A DNA stretch of 64,000 bases from a virus (taxonomy: Duplodnaviria > Caudoviricetes). Under the pieces are notes generated by a model. The model was not told the DNA's origin, did not search any database, and saw only the letters and a program-made list of their open reading frames with translations. Positions 6,799 to 16,500 of the stretch are shown piece by piece. The stretch spans positions 4,463-68,462 of the IMG/VR virus record IMGVR_UViG_3300047160_002318. One strand, written 5' to 3'. The first letter of the stretch is position 1. Every line of letters begins with the position of its first letter. The translations under genes and the position numbers were made by a program.

Positions 6799-7174
6799 GG
6801 TTCCCGTTCTCGATCCTTGCGAGTGCTCTGGTCAGGTTCTCGATGGTCTCAGCCAGTACGCGGTTCTGCCTCACCATGGTCTGCACGTCCTGCGTCAGTG
6901 CGGTGTTCCTCTCCAGCAGCTCCTGCTGGACGGCACTGGCCGCGTCGGCCAATCGCTGCGTCTTGTTGCCAATCCAGGTCAGCAGCGGCAGCGCGAACAG
7001 CTGGACCCAGCCGGACCCGTAGTAGAAGACCTGCGCGGAGAAGGACCGGGATATGTACGGCGCGACCAGCGGGATGATGAAGAAGACCCAGACCGTCCAG
7101 ACGAACCCGAAGACCAGCGCCAGGTAGCCGGCGGCCCACTCACTGCCTGCGTTAATTCTGCGCCATAGCCCCAT
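6773..7174 (-). CDS. membrane protein with C-terminal coiled coil (DUF1003-like)
   Basis: two TM segments, SGWVQLFALPLL, heptad-like tail. Confidence 0.7.
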   Translation of the reverse strand: MGLWRRINAGSEWAAGYLALVFGFVWTVWVFFIIPLVAPYISRSFSAQVFYYGSGWVQLFALPLLTWIGNKTQRLADAASAVQQELLERNTALTQDVQTMVRQNRVLAETIENLTRALARIENGNHDPQAPEG

Positions 7175-7189
7175 GACCAGGGAAATCGT

Positions 7190-7339
7190 CTATGGCTGCA
7201 CCTGCGAGCCGCACAGCACGGTGCCCTCGTTGTCCTGCACGCAGACGTACCCGGTCGGCCGGGTCAGCACCACCAGCGCCAGCACGCCGGCAATGATGAT
7301 GCCCACCACCAGCGCCAGGGTGACCTGCCTAGACGACAT
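7190..7339 (-). CDS. 49-aa single-TM protein
   Basis: MSSRQVTLALVVGIIIAGVLALVVLTRP... Confidence 0.6.
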   Translation of the reverse strand: MSSRQVTLALVVGIIIAGVLALVVLTRPTGYVCVQDNEGTVLCGSQVQP

Positions 7340-7469
7340 GAATCACAGCGTAGAGGACGGACGCCAGGATGGTCGGCATGAAGACCATGCAGGGTGGCGG
7401 GGGGTTAGCCGGGTACGGCCGCTTCTGCCAGTTCTGCACCGGGTCGCACGCTTCCTGCCAGTTGCCCAT
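7329..7469 (-). CDS. 46-aa membrane peptide
   Basis: MGNWQEACDP...MPTILASVLYAVIHVV. Confidence 0.45.
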   Translation of the reverse strand: MGNWQEACDPVQNWQKRPYPANPPPPCMVFMPTILASVLYAVIHVV

Positions 7470-7483
7470 GGCTGCCCGATCGG

Positions 7484-7711
7484 TCAGATGTTCTGGATGA
7501 ACTTGGCCAGGCCCGTGAACACGGCCTTGAGCAGCACGCCCAGCTGGCCGAAGGTGAAGACGATGCCATCCGATACCACGGTCCAGAACGTGCCGCCCTT
7601 CGCGGCCGGCACGAACAGGATGCCCACCGTCCACATGACGCCCAGGAACGCCAGGATGCCCAGGAACGCGGCGATGATCTTCTTGGGGGTGTCCAGGATG
7701 TCACTCAGCAT
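7484..7711 (-). CDS. small membrane protein (2 TM)
   Basis: 75 aa, hydrophobic. Confidence 0.7.
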   Translation of the reverse strand: MLSDILDTPKKIIAAFLGILAFLGVMWTVGILFVPAAKGGTFWTVVSDGIVFTFGQLGVLLKAVFTGLAKFIQNI

Positions 7712-7848
7712 GGCTCACCCTCCCCCGCCTCGTCCTCATTCTCGCGCTGCTGCGCCTCGGGGTACTCGCCCGGGTCGTGCGGCGACACGTCCTGCGGACG
7801 GCCCTCGTCGCGGCGCTTGCCAGGGAAGGTGAACCCTGCGGCGGTCAT
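7705..7848 (-). CDS. 47-aa acidic hypothetical protein
   Basis: MTAAGFTFPGKRRDE...; coupled overlaps. Confidence 0.5.
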   Translation of the reverse strand: MTAAGFTFPGKRRDEGRPQDVSPHDPGEYPEAQQRENEDEAGEGEPC

Positions 7849-8195
7849 GTCTGCGTCCTCAGCTCAGGATCAGGCGCGTCAGGCGCAATCGCCAGCGGCC
7901 GGGTCTTCTTTTCTTCCTTCTTGAGCGCGTGCAGCTTGTCGTAGTCCACGGTCGGCCGGTCGGCCAGCTTGCGCAGGGCCTTCTCGTGCAGCCCGTACAG
8001 CGCGATGACCTCGCCGCTCACGGCGATCCAGCCGACCCAGAGATAGAAGTCTGAGCCGGTGACCAGGCCGATGATGAACAGCAGCCACCACAGGCCCAGG
8101 AAGCCGAAGCCGGCCCAGAGCCGCCGACGCTGCCGCGCCTCGCGCACGGCCCGGACTTCCTTGGGAACGTGCTTGTCCTTCTTCTTGCGGTCCAT
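7845..8195 (-). CDS. membrane protein (2 TM)
   Basis: MDRKKKDK start with GGAG SD; two hydrophobic segments. Confidence 0.7.
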   Translation of the reverse strand: MDRKKKDKHVPKEVRAVREARQRRRLWAGFGFLGLWWLLFIIGLVTGSDFYLWVGWIAVSGEVIALYGLHEKALRKLADRPTVDYDKLHALKKEEKKTRPLAIAPDAPDPELRTQT

Positions 8196-8203
8196 GACTG
8201 CTC

Positions 8204-8806
8204 CTACGACCACTCGCCGTCGCCCATCTTGTCCATGGTCATATTGAGCGACTGCTTGCCCTCCGGCGTCCAGTAGCCGCTGTGGTTGCGCCGGCGGGCC
8301 AGGAACAGCATGGTCACGGTGACCGGGCTCACCCTGGTGATGGAGTGCGCCTGATCCCAGCCCAGCCGGTGGATGCCGAACCTGCGGTGCTTGACGCGGC
8401 GGACCCTGCCCAGGTCCTTCGGGTCGTCGTACACGTCCTCGTCATAGGTTCCCCACAGCTTCCACGACCAGAACGTAGCGCTGTGGTCGTGCGGGTACTC
8501 CCGCTGATCATCGGCCATGTGAATCCGGGTGACGTGGCACCCGGCCCAGGGGGTGAAGAAGAACACGAACCGGGTCAGGAACCGCTGGCCGTCAATATCG
8601 GACCAGTACGGTTCCATGAACATCCACTTCCGCATGCCCCCCTTCTTGCGCTCGGTGACGTGGGTGATGAGGCTGCCGTACGCCCTGCACCCGCTGCTCT
8701 CGTTGCCGCAGTGCGCCCCCTGCTTGCAGCCGGGGCGCAGCGTCGTGCCGCACGAACAGCTGCAATTCACCAGCTCAACGGGGTCTGCTTCAGTCTTGAC
8801 TTGCAT
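8204..8806 (-). CDS. cupin-fold (cysteine dioxygenase-like) protein with Cys-rich N-terminal part
   Basis: YPHDHSATFWS ... QAHSI metal-binding pattern; a possible internal start at MRKWMF. Confidence 0.6.
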   Translation of the reverse strand: MQVKTEADPVELVNCSCSCGTTLRPGCKQGAHCGNESSGCRAYGSLITHVTERKKGGMRKWMFMEPYWSDIDGQRFLTRFVFFFTPWAGCHVTRIHMADDQREYPHDHSATFWSWKLWGTYDEDVYDDPKDLGRVRRVKHRRFGIHRLGWDQAHSITRVSPVTVTMLFLARRRNHSGYWTPEGKQSLNMTMDKMGDGEWS

Positions 8807-8818
8807 AACTTTCCCTCC

Positions 8819-9052
8819 TTACTTGGTCGCCTGGTAGGTCCCGCTGCCGTGGCACAGCGTGCAGCTCTGCGGGTCCTTGACGTGCCAGGCCCGGCTCAGG
8901 CTCGGGCAGGCTACCACTTCGGTCTTCTTCTGCTCACCGGCTTGCAGCTTGTACCGCCCGGTGCTGCGCCGCCCAGTCTTCTTCTCCTCGGCGGGCTTGC
9001 CCTTGGCCCGGCCTCCCTTGGCAGGACCGGGCTTACTCTTGTCCCTCGCCAT
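8819..9052 (-). CDS. basic protein with C-terminal zinc finger
   Basis: MARDKSKPG...; CTLCHGSG (DnaJ-type CxxCxGxG). Confidence 0.6.
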   Translation of the reverse strand: MARDKSKPGPAKGGRAKGKPAEEKKTGRRSTGRYKLQAGEQKKTEVVACPSLSRAWHVKDPQSCTLCHGSGTYQATK

Positions 9053-9323
9053 TGTCCTGCGGCCCGACCCATACCATGCGGCCCTTGACCCACTGCCGCC
9101 GCACTTTGTCGAGAGGCTTGACCCAGCCCTGGAACCCGCCCGTGGCGTTGCAGCCCCGGAAGCCGGGGATGAACCCGGCCTGCCGCTCGTAGCTGCGCCA
9201 TTCCGTGACCGTGACCTCCTTCTCGGCGGCCCGGCCGACCGTGACGTAATAGCGGTACCAGTTCTCCTCAGCCTGCTTCCAGAACTCCCGCAGCTGCTCG
9301 GAGTCCCACTCACTCGCGCTCAC
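9033..9323 (-). CDS. hypothetical protein
   Basis: 96-aa ORF in operon chain. Confidence 0.65.
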   Translation of the reverse strand: MSASEWDSEQLREFWKQAEENWYRYYVTVGRAAEKEVTVTEWRSYERQAGFIPGFRGCNATGGFQGWVKPLDKVRRQWVKGRMVWVGPQDNGEGQE

Positions 9324-9658
9324 GGCAAGGGGTGCAGGTCGTCGGCCATGCTGTCCAGCAGCTCAGCCACCCTGGCACGCCAGTCCTGGCCCTCCCAGCG
9401 CCGCCTCAGTGCCGCCGCTGCCATCCGGTACGTGGTGGCGTCGGTGATGTCACGGGACAGCTGCTCGTCGCCGGCGGTGTCAGCCTTGACGGCCTCCACC
9501 ATGGCCCGGTAGTTGCTGATGTCGTCAATAGCCTCGCTCAGCCGGGCGGTGTCAGGGGTCAGGCGCACGCGCGCCCCGCTCCTGGCCTCCCGCTTGAGCG
9601 CGTCAATGACCAGCTCGATGGTCCTGGCATCCCAGTCGACCTTGACAGTGGTAGTCAT
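9320..9658 (-). CDS. hypothetical protein
   Basis: 112-aa ORF, GGAGG SD. Confidence 0.7.
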   Translation of the reverse strand: MTTTVKVDWDARTIELVIDALKREARSGARVRLTPDTARLSEAIDDISNYRAMVEAVKADTAGDEQLSRDITDATTYRMAAAALRRRWEGQDWRARVAELLDSMADDLHPLP

Positions 9659-9912
9659 GACGGCCTCCCTCCTGATGCCCAGAACTCCCGCATGTGGGTG
9701 TTGTGGTCCTGTACGTCCTGCGTGCCCAGCCAGTAGAAATGCTCGGTCGCGTCACGCAACAGCTCGTACAGCTCCTCGCCCCGGAAGATGACGGTCTTCC
9801 GCTCACCTTCCCGCACCCTGGTGTTGGGCACGTGCTGCTTGACCCAGCGCGCGAGCCGCGCGTCGTTGCCGTTGCCCTCGGGCTCGGGCCGGTCGTCGAT
9901 GGTGGTTGTCAT
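9655..9912 (-). CDS. hypothetical protein
   Basis: 85-aa ORF, GGAGG SD. Confidence 0.7.
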   Translation of the reverse strand: MTTTIDDRPEPEGNGNDARLARWVKQHVPNTRVREGERKTVIFRGEELYELLRDATEHFYWLGTQDVQDHNTHMREFWASGGRPS

Positions 9913-9925
9913 TGCTCAGACCTCC

Positions 9926-10327
9926 TTACGCGCTCTGCGCGACTGCCCAGGTCTCCCAGGCAGGCCAAGACGACAGCGGCCCGCCCAGGACGGCCTCAGG
10001 GTCCTGTAGGACCAGTTGAGGCCGCTTGGGCGGGTCCGCCACCCGGTCGGCAATCCGTGCCGCCTTCGCCCTCTTGGACTTGCGCCGGTTCATGACCATG
10101 GCCGCGTACTGGTTGCACGCGGCGTGCGCGGCCCGCAGGTTAGCGGGCTCGCTGGACCCGAACATGGCCCTCGGGACGATGTGGTCCACGGTGGGTGCCC
10201 ACGGGTCCGGGTGCTTGAGCGCCCGGTCGATGGCCCGATCCTCGAGCCCTTCCGCGTCCTTGTGCAGGCAGACGGGCATGAGGCAGACATACTTGTCACG
10301 CCTCAGGACCATCAACCGGACATTCAT
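9926..10327 (-). CDS. HNH endonuclease (leaderless)
   Basis: CLMPVC...PTVDHIVPRAMFGSSEPANLRAAHAACN; ATG 6 nt after -10. Confidence 0.88.
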   Translation of the reverse strand: MNVRLMVLRRDKYVCLMPVCLHKDAEGLEDRAIDRALKHPDPWAPTVDHIVPRAMFGSSEPANLRAAHAACNQYAAMVMNRRKSKRAKAARIADRVADPPKRPQLVLQDPEAVLGGPLSSWPAWETWAVAQSA

Positions 10328-10333
10328 ATGCCC

Positions 10334-10362
10334 AGAGTAGGCGTCTACTTGACTCAGGTCAA
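10334..10362 (-). promoter_or_regulatory. sigma70-like promoter with operator palindromes
   Basis: TTGACC-N17-TACTCT; TTGAC-CTGA-GTCAA and TAGACGCCTA. Confidence 0.85.
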
Positions 10363-10367
10363 ATGGA

Positions 10368-10757
10368 TTAATAGACGGCCGGGGTCTGGAACAGCGCCAC
10401 GACCAGGCCGGTGTTGGAGCTGAAGTCGATGGCGACCTGCGTCGTGCCCGGCTGGCTCAGGATGGAGTGGAACGCGCCGATGCAGGACGTGGCGCTCACC
10501 GGGATGGTGATGGCGAACGTGGTCGCACCGATGGGCAGGGACTGCATGCCCACCTGGACGGTGGCGGTGCACGCGGTCGCGCCCAGGCTGAACATGAGCA
10601 TGGACACGCCGACGATGTTGGTGAAGATGATCCCGTTGCCGGCCCCGGTGGCAGGCACGACCGCGTTGGGGTTGCCGCCCGTAGTGAGCAGCGTAGTGAG
10701 GTTGGAGACCGCGTTATCCGCCGCGAGCGTGGTGGGGTTGATCTGGACCCGTGCCAT
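10368..10757 (-). CDS. probable virion-associated protein
   Basis: Thr/Gly/Ala-rich beta-type sequence; CGATT 13 nt upstream of ATG. Confidence 0.6.
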   Translation of the reverse strand: MARVQINPTTLAADNAVSNLTTLLTTGGNPNAVVPATGAGNGIIFTNIVGVSMLMFSLGATACTATVQVGMQSLPIGATTFAITIPVSATSCIGAFHSILSQPGTTQVAIDFSSNTGLVVALFQTPAVY

Positions 10758-11451
10758 GGCTGCTTAATCGTCTCCCCTGACTAGCCAAGTCTCCCTGAAT
10801 TACCAGGGTAGCGGGCACGAACCCGGCCTCAGCCAACAGCTTGTGCGCCTGGCCAGGGTCGGTCTTGAGCAATACCTCTAGCGCATGCGCCAGCAGGTCC
10901 TCCGGGCGCGAACCCTTGTGGTTGTCCGCCTTGAGCCAGACCTCCAGGTTCTCCGGGCGGTTGTCCTGCCGATTACCGTTCTTGTGATGCACGATCTCGT
11001 CGTCCCGCAGGGGTCTCTGTAGCACCTGCTCCATGACCCAGCGGTGCTCACGGACACGGCCGACGTAGACGTAACCCTCCGGGTGCACGCGGCGCTCCCT
11101 GGTGTGCCCCAGCGGCGCAGGGGTATCCGGGCGCACCGGCTGCCAACCCTTGTTGACCTCGACGTAGCCGCCCGTCTTGGTTACCCGGCGTGTGTCGCTG
11201 CCCGCCAGTTCAACCGCCCGCAGATGGCTGGGAGCACCACGCTTATCCCGTATGCAGTTGTCGCAGTACCAGCGCCGGTTGCGGTCCTTGGCACGCTCCT
11301 GCTTGGGGATGGTGAACTCAGCCCCGCACTCTCGGCAGGTCTTGATGCGCCAGCAGGCGTCACAGAACCGCTGCGCTGGTCCATTGGGTTGGTACGGATG
11401 CCCGCACCGCTCGCACTTCTTTACCTTGAGCTGCTTGCCCTGCCAGGCCAT
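10714..11451 (-). CDS. HNH endonuclease with N-terminal zinc ribbons
   Basis: REHRWVMEQVLQRPL..EIVHHKNGNRQDNRPENLEVW; own promoter TTGACA-N17-TAGCTT at 11460-11488. Confidence 0.88.
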   Translation of the reverse strand: MAWQGKQLKVKKCERCGHPYQPNGPAQRFCDACWRIKTCRECGAEFTIPKQERAKDRNRRWYCDNCIRDKRGAPSHLRAVELAGSDTRRVTKTGGYVEVNKGWQPVRPDTPAPLGHTRERRVHPEGYVYVGRVREHRWVMEQVLQRPLRDDEIVHHKNGNRQDNRPENLEVWLKADNHKGSRPEDLLAHALEVLLKTDPGQAHKLLAEAGFVPATLVIQGDLASQGRRLSSHGTGPDQPHHARGG

Positions 11452-11518
11452 AACCCAACAAGCTACGCCTGCTTTCTAAGGCTGTCAATGTGGCTCTGAC
11501 CTGCATTTCCTACTAAAC

Positions 11519-12232
11519 CTAGCTGAATGTGAGGGTATTAGTGAAAACCCACGCCGCGCCTGCGGCCTTCGTGCCCAGCGGGTTGGGCGTCGGGACCTTG
11601 TGACTGACCATGAAGCCGCCGCCGCTGAAGACTCCGGTCAGCGTCGAGCCGGGCGTAATGGACCCTGATCCCACCGCGTAGCACCATTCGGCCCAGACGC
11701 AGTTGGCGTTGCCTTGCGCGAAGGTGCACTGGCCGTTCACCTGCCCGCCGTTGAGCGTGCCCGCGCCGGCCCAGGCCGGGTAGCCGCTGTCGGCCTGCTG
11801 GTAGTACGCCCCGGTGGTGCCGTTCGGGGTGGTGCCGTCCGCGCCCAGGTGGGTGTCCGCGACGGCTGCCGCCGTAGCGCCTGATCCCACGCCGATGACC
11901 GTCTGCGCGTTGGTGAGCGCCCGCACGGTGCCGGACTGCGCCACGCCCAGGAGCAGCTGCGTGAAGCTGCCCAGCCCGCCGGCCACGCAGATGTTCCCCT
12001 CGGACAGCGCGTACCCGTCCTCGGGCTCAGCGAACAGCTCGCGCAGCCAATCCCCGTGCAGCCTCGGCGTGCCGATGCCCAGCGTGTGCAGCAGCACGTG
12101 CCGTCCCCAGCTCAGCGATGCTTCCAGCTTCATTTGCGCCCAGCGTGTCTGATCGGAGCTGTACTTCTCTACCCGCACGTAGGGGTACTCCTTGATGAAC
12201 TCCCGCTGAGACACAGACACTCCCTCGCTCAC
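11519..12232 (-). CDS. probable minor virion/tail protein
   Basis: FAQGNANCVWAEW...LGTKAAGAAWVFTNTLTFS C-terminus typical of actinophage minor tail proteins. Confidence 0.6.
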   Translation of the reverse strand: MSEGVSVSQREFIKEYPYVRVEKYSSDQTRWAQMKLEASLSWGRHVLLHTLGIGTPRLHGDWLRELFAEPEDGYALSEGNICVAGGLGSFTQLLLGVAQSGTVRALTNAQTVIGVGSGATAAAVADTHLGADGTTPNGTTGAYYQQADSGYPAWAGAGTLNGGQVNGQCTFAQGNANCVWAEWCYAVGSGSITPGSTLTGVFSGGGFMVSHKVPTPNPLGTKAAGAAWVFTNTLTFS

Positions 12233-12291
12233 GGCCCGCCCCTTCCTGCCTGCTCAATCGACCAGACTAGACCCCGTGGCAACCTTATTAT

Positions 12292-12309
12292 CGGGTAAAG
12301 CTTTACCCG
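12292..12309. repeat. perfect 18-bp palindrome CGGGTAAAGCTTTACCCG
   Basis: lies between divergent promoters. Confidence 0.9.
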
Positions 12310-12326
12310 GTCTTGACCCTCCTGGC

Positions 12327-12355
12327 TTGACTTGAGTCAAATAGGCGTCTAACCT
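12327..12355 (+). promoter_or_regulatory. plus-strand promoter with operator palindromes
   Basis: TTGACT-N17-TAACCT; TTGAC-TTGA-GTCAA and TAGGCGTCTA. Confidence 0.85.
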
Positions 12356-12389
12356 AGACAGAGTAAGCAACTAGGAAGGTGGTGAGCAG

Positions 12390-12515
12390 ATGGCTGCTAA
12401 GAGCACCGGGTTCGACGGCATGGTCGAGGGCTTTGAGGGTGACTTCCTCGGCTCTGGTCCCTGGATGGTCCCCGACCCCGAGGACAAGAGCGATGAGGGG
12501 GTGGATGACGAGTGA
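12390..12515 (+). CDS. 41-aa acidic peptide
   Basis: MAAKSTGFDGMVEGFEGDFLGSGPWMVPDPEDKSDEGVDDE; GGAAGGTGGTG SD; GTGA overlap with next gene. Confidence 0.6.
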   Translation: MAAKSTGFDGMVEGFEGDFLGSGPWMVPDPEDKSDEGVDDE

Positions 12516-12790
12516 ATAGCCCGACGCAGGCTTGCGCCACCTTCCTTGACGATGTGCGTCATGTCGTCAGCGAGGAAGCGCGGGCTGCTCTCAGCGAGCA
12601 CCACGAACCCGAGCACCGGCTGGCCAGGGTCCTCACCAGGATTGAGGCGGTCATGCTCCCGATTGCCATTCTGACGATCTGGATGCTGACCCTCGCTCAC
12701 CTGCCCGAGATTCTGACCCACCTGTGCGAGTCCCTGACGCTCGCGCCGAACAGCCTCTCCGCGCTGGTGCGGCTGGCGTCGGGGCACTGA
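12512..12790 (+). CDS. single-TM membrane protein
   Basis: VMLPIAILTIWMLTLAHL hydrophobic segment; followed by hairpin. Confidence 0.65.
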   Translation: MNSPTQACATFLDDVRHVVSEEARAALSEHHEPEHRLARVLTRIEAVMLPIAILTIWMLTLAHLPEILTHLCESLTLAPNSLSALVRLASGH

Positions 12791-12795
12791 GCCAG

Positions 12796-12828
12796 CGAAG
12801 GACCCTAGCCCGGGGGCAGGGTCCTTCG
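12796..12828 (+). terminator. terminator hairpin
   Basis: CGAAGGACCCT / AGGGTCCTTCG stem followed by TTGT. Confidence 0.7.
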
Positions 12829-12912
12829 TTGTATCCCCGGCGCTGCGCCTGACCTGCGTTTCCTTCGGTCTGTAACAGCCGGCCCGCCAAGACCCCGGGG
12901 ATAAGCCAGTCC

Positions 12913-13036
12913 TCAAGTAGAAAGGCAGGCCCAGGCTAACCAGTACCACCGCCTGCCCGCAACCGGGTGGCCGAAGCTGCCCAGCGCGAACAGCACCAGC
13001 CCGATGACCGGCGTAGACCGCGTTCTGGAAGGTCAT
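12913..13036 (-). pseudogene. 40-aa membrane peptide with apparent 1-nt insertion
   Basis: MTFQNAVYA + extra G + VIGLVLFALGSFGHPVAGRRWYWLAWACLST*. Confidence 0.45.
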
Positions 13037-13158
13037 GACTCACGCTCCGGGCAATTCTCCTGACTGTGCCAGCCTGGCTTGTGGTTCGGCTCATGCGCCC
13101 AGTAGCAGTGCACCGGGCCGATCTCGCAGTCCGGGTCGCACGGCAGGATGCAGGTCAT
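13033..13158 (-). CDS. 41-aa Cys/His-rich peptide
   Basis: MTCILPCDPDCEIGPVHCYWAHEPNH...; ATGA overlaps both sides. Confidence 0.55.
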   Translation of the reverse strand: MTCILPCDPDCEIGPVHCYWAHEPNHKPGWHSQENCPERES

Positions 13159-13571
13159 ACCGGGTACGGCATGATCTCGGTGACGGTCACGCCGTCGCTG
13201 AACACCTGCGGCGCGGCGTTGCCCCGCGTGTTGGGCGCGACGGTCCAGATGCGCTGGATCTGGACCAGGGCCTGCACCTGCTCCACGGGCAGGCCCAGCA
13301 GGCCGGCCAGGGCCTGGCAGATGGTGCTGAGCGCTGCGGTAATCCCTGCCTCGGCCTGCACCTGATCGAACCAGGAGTAATCCCAGCTCACGGTCTCCAG
13401 GTCAGACTGCGGGTCGGGCTGGCTGGTGCCGGTCTCGAACAGGAACTTGAACTGCACCGGGGGAGAGCCGAACGCGACCTTGCCGCCCTGCGCGGTGACC
13501 CCGCTGAACATGCAGGCGTACTCCACGCTAACCATGTGCATGGCGGTGAGGTCGGGCATGTTCGCAGGCAT
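13155..13571 (-). CDS. hypothetical protein (tail-fibre associated position)
   Basis: 138-aa ORF directly after the tail fibre gene. Confidence 0.65.
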   Translation of the reverse strand: MPANMPDLTAMHMVSVEYACMFSGVTAQGGKVAFGSPPVQFKFLFETGTSQPDPQSDLETVSWDYSWFDQVQAEAGITAALSTICQALAGLLGLPVEQVQALVQIQRIWTVAPNTRGNAAPQVFSDGVTVTEIMPYPV

Positions 13572-13576
13572 GGTCC

Positions 13577-16500
13577 CTACTTGGTGTAGTTAATGATGAG
13601 CCGGGGCCACAGCGCGTTCGCGGCGTCCAGCCCGGACAGGTGCCCGTAGTTGTTCTGGTCGGTGTAGCTGTCCTTGGAGCTGGCCGGGCCGATCATGAAC
13701 GCGGTGAAGGTGCTGGCCAGCGAGCTGACGATGGGGGTGACGCTGGTGATGTCCTGGGCGAGGGTCTGCCCGTTGTTGATGTGGAAGCTGGTCTGGTTCG
13801 AGACGCTGCCGCCGCCAGGCTGGAACGGATCACCGAAGGTCCCGGTGTAGTTGGAGGACCCGAGGATAACGGTCATGCCGGTGGAGTACCAGGAGTAGTT
13901 GCAGTTGACCTGGAGCTTGACGCTGTTGATGGTGGCCCCGGCCAGGTCCGTGCGCATCTGGCTGTAATTGAACTGGATGAAGCTGTACTGGTCACCCTCG
14001 TAGAAGGCCCTGTCCTGCGGGGAGTACTCGCAGCTCTGCCATATGTTGCTGTTGTCGTTGCGCTTGCCGTACTTAGTGTGGCCGTTGGCTGCGGTGGCCC
14101 CGTAATAGCAGTGCGTGGCCGTGGCCACGTAGGTCTTGGTGTAGTTGGTGTGCGCTGCCGCCCCGGTGGTGCCGGTGCCGATGGCCGCGCCGTTGTTGGA
14201 GGTGGACTGCGCATCCCAGATGCCCAGGTCCTCGATGCGCATTTCCATCTGCGACTGGTACTGGAAGGTGCCGGCCTGCACGTAGGCGGTCAGCAGAATC
14301 CGGTAGTTGGTGTCTGACGTGAGGTTCGGGAAGATGTACTCCATGACCGGCGTCATGTAGTTCTGGCTGGCAGCGGACATGTACTGCACCCTGGAGCCGA
14401 CCAGCTGCGTCGAGGACGTGGTCGGCGTGGTGCCATCGGTAGTGCCCTTGATTAGGGAGACGTACTGGGTGGCGCTAGTCGGGATGACCTTGGCCGGGAC
14501 CACGGTCAGCTTGTAGGAGCGGCCGGCCGAGAGCAGCTGGTCTACCTCCAGGATCGCGGTCTCGGTCGTGCCGATGGCCGTCGAGGGCCAGGGCGTGGTC
14601 GTAGGTGTCCATCCCCTGACGAGAACTCCCTGCGGCAGCGAGTTAATCCACTGGCTCACGGACTGCCCGCTCAGCCAGACGTCGGTGGCCGAGCTGAGGG
14701 ACTGCCCGCTGACGTTGCCCTGGCCGTCAATCTGCGCGAGCACCTGGCCCCAGGCGTTCTGCACGGCCAGGATGTTGGTCAAGCCGGCCAGGCCGGTGAA
14801 CGTGAGGCCCTGCTGGTAGGGGTTGCCGAGCGCGTCCGTGCCGCTGGTGGGGGACAGCGAGTAGACCAGGCCGCCGGCCACCTGCACGGTGTCGATGCTG
14901 AAGTTCGTGCCCGCCGCGTCAGTCGCTGATTCCTGCACGAAGAACCGGGCCTGCGTGGCATTGGACGGCGCGGTCGCCCCGGTGATGGTGAAGGTGCTGA
15001 CCGACCCGGCCGTCAGCGCGACGTTGCCCTGATCCCCAGCTGAGCTGGAGATGTACGTGCCGCCGCTGGTGTACCAGTTGAACCCGATGTTCACCGCGCT
15101 CAGCGCGGTGGGGTTGTAGACGGCCACCTGCATAGAGGCGGGCATGTACGGGGCCACCGGGAACAGCGGGCTCATGGTCCCCCAGGTCGCGCCCCCGGTG
15201 CTGGTGACCTTCAGGCCCCAGGACCCGCTGGTGGACCACGCCGTGGTCTCCGCGATTGTGCTGTTCACCACGCCGCTGCTGTTCTGCGCCAGCCAGGTGC
15301 CGTTCGCCACGGTGACGCCGGGCCACTTCCACCCGACCAGGGACGCGGCCCAGGCTGCGGACACGATGGTGGCCGACGCGGTGACGCTGGCCGCGCTCGC
15401 GGTGCTACTCACCCACAGCGTGAGGTACGGCCCGGTGCCGATGGTGCCGAGCTGCTGCCACCCGTCAGCCATGGCGGACGGTGCGCCGCCCGCCGCCGCA
15501 TCGCAGATGACCGCGAACAGGGTGTCCTGCGCCAGCGTAGGGGCTACCGCGCAGGACACGGCGGTGCCGCTGCCGTTGGCGGTGTTGCCGGCGTCCCGCG
15601 CGCCCAGGCCGGGCGTGGTCACGGCCATGATGACCTTCTGCTGCGTGTTCGTGGCCGCGTACGTCGTGGTGATGGTATCCGTGGTGCTCAGGGCAGCGGT
15701 GGTGCTCGCGCAGTAGAAGGACTGGAGCTGCTGGTTCGTAGTGACGTTGGCGTCCCTGGTGTACGTGTTCCCCTGGCTGTCGACCACGGTCGTCGCGCTG
15801 GTGGCCCCGGAGCACGCGGCCCAGACCATGACGTTGGACCCGATGGGCACGGCACTGCCGCAGGTGATGGCGTAGCTAGCCGCTGAGGTCGCGGAGTTGA
15901 CCGTGCCCAGGATGACGGTGGCACTCGGCGGCTCGAAGACCCAGCTCTGCGGCCCGGTGGCCCCGGCGTAGATGAGCGTGGTCCCGCCCGGCTGGAGCTG
16001 CATCTGAAGCTGGCCCGTCTGGGTGTACCAGTTCATGGTGCCGTCCGGGCCGAGCGAGAACACGACCACGCCGGCGGCGTTGGTGATGGAGACGGACCCG
16101 TCCGGGTTGATGCTGGTCCGGGGGTTGACACTGCTGTTCTGGAGGGTGCTGCCGGTAACCACGGTGCCGTTGATGATCCCGGCGATGACGATGCCGGCCT
16201 GGAAGAGCCCAGCGGTGAGCGTGCCCGTGGCGATCTGGTTCGCGGTGATGGTCGAGGCGGCGATTTGCGCGCTGGTAATCGAGCCGGTGGCTATCTGAGC
16301 TGCGGTTATCGTGTTGGCGGCGATGATGGCGGCGGTCACGGAGTTGGCGGCGAGCTGGCTCGTGCCGATGGAGTTGGCCTGGATTTGCGCGCCCGTGATG
16401 GTGCCTGCCGCGATGTCCCCGGCCGTGATGGTGTTCGCCGCGATCTGCGCGGAGGTAATGGAGCCGGTCTGGATTTGAGCAGCAGTAATAGTCCCGGCAG

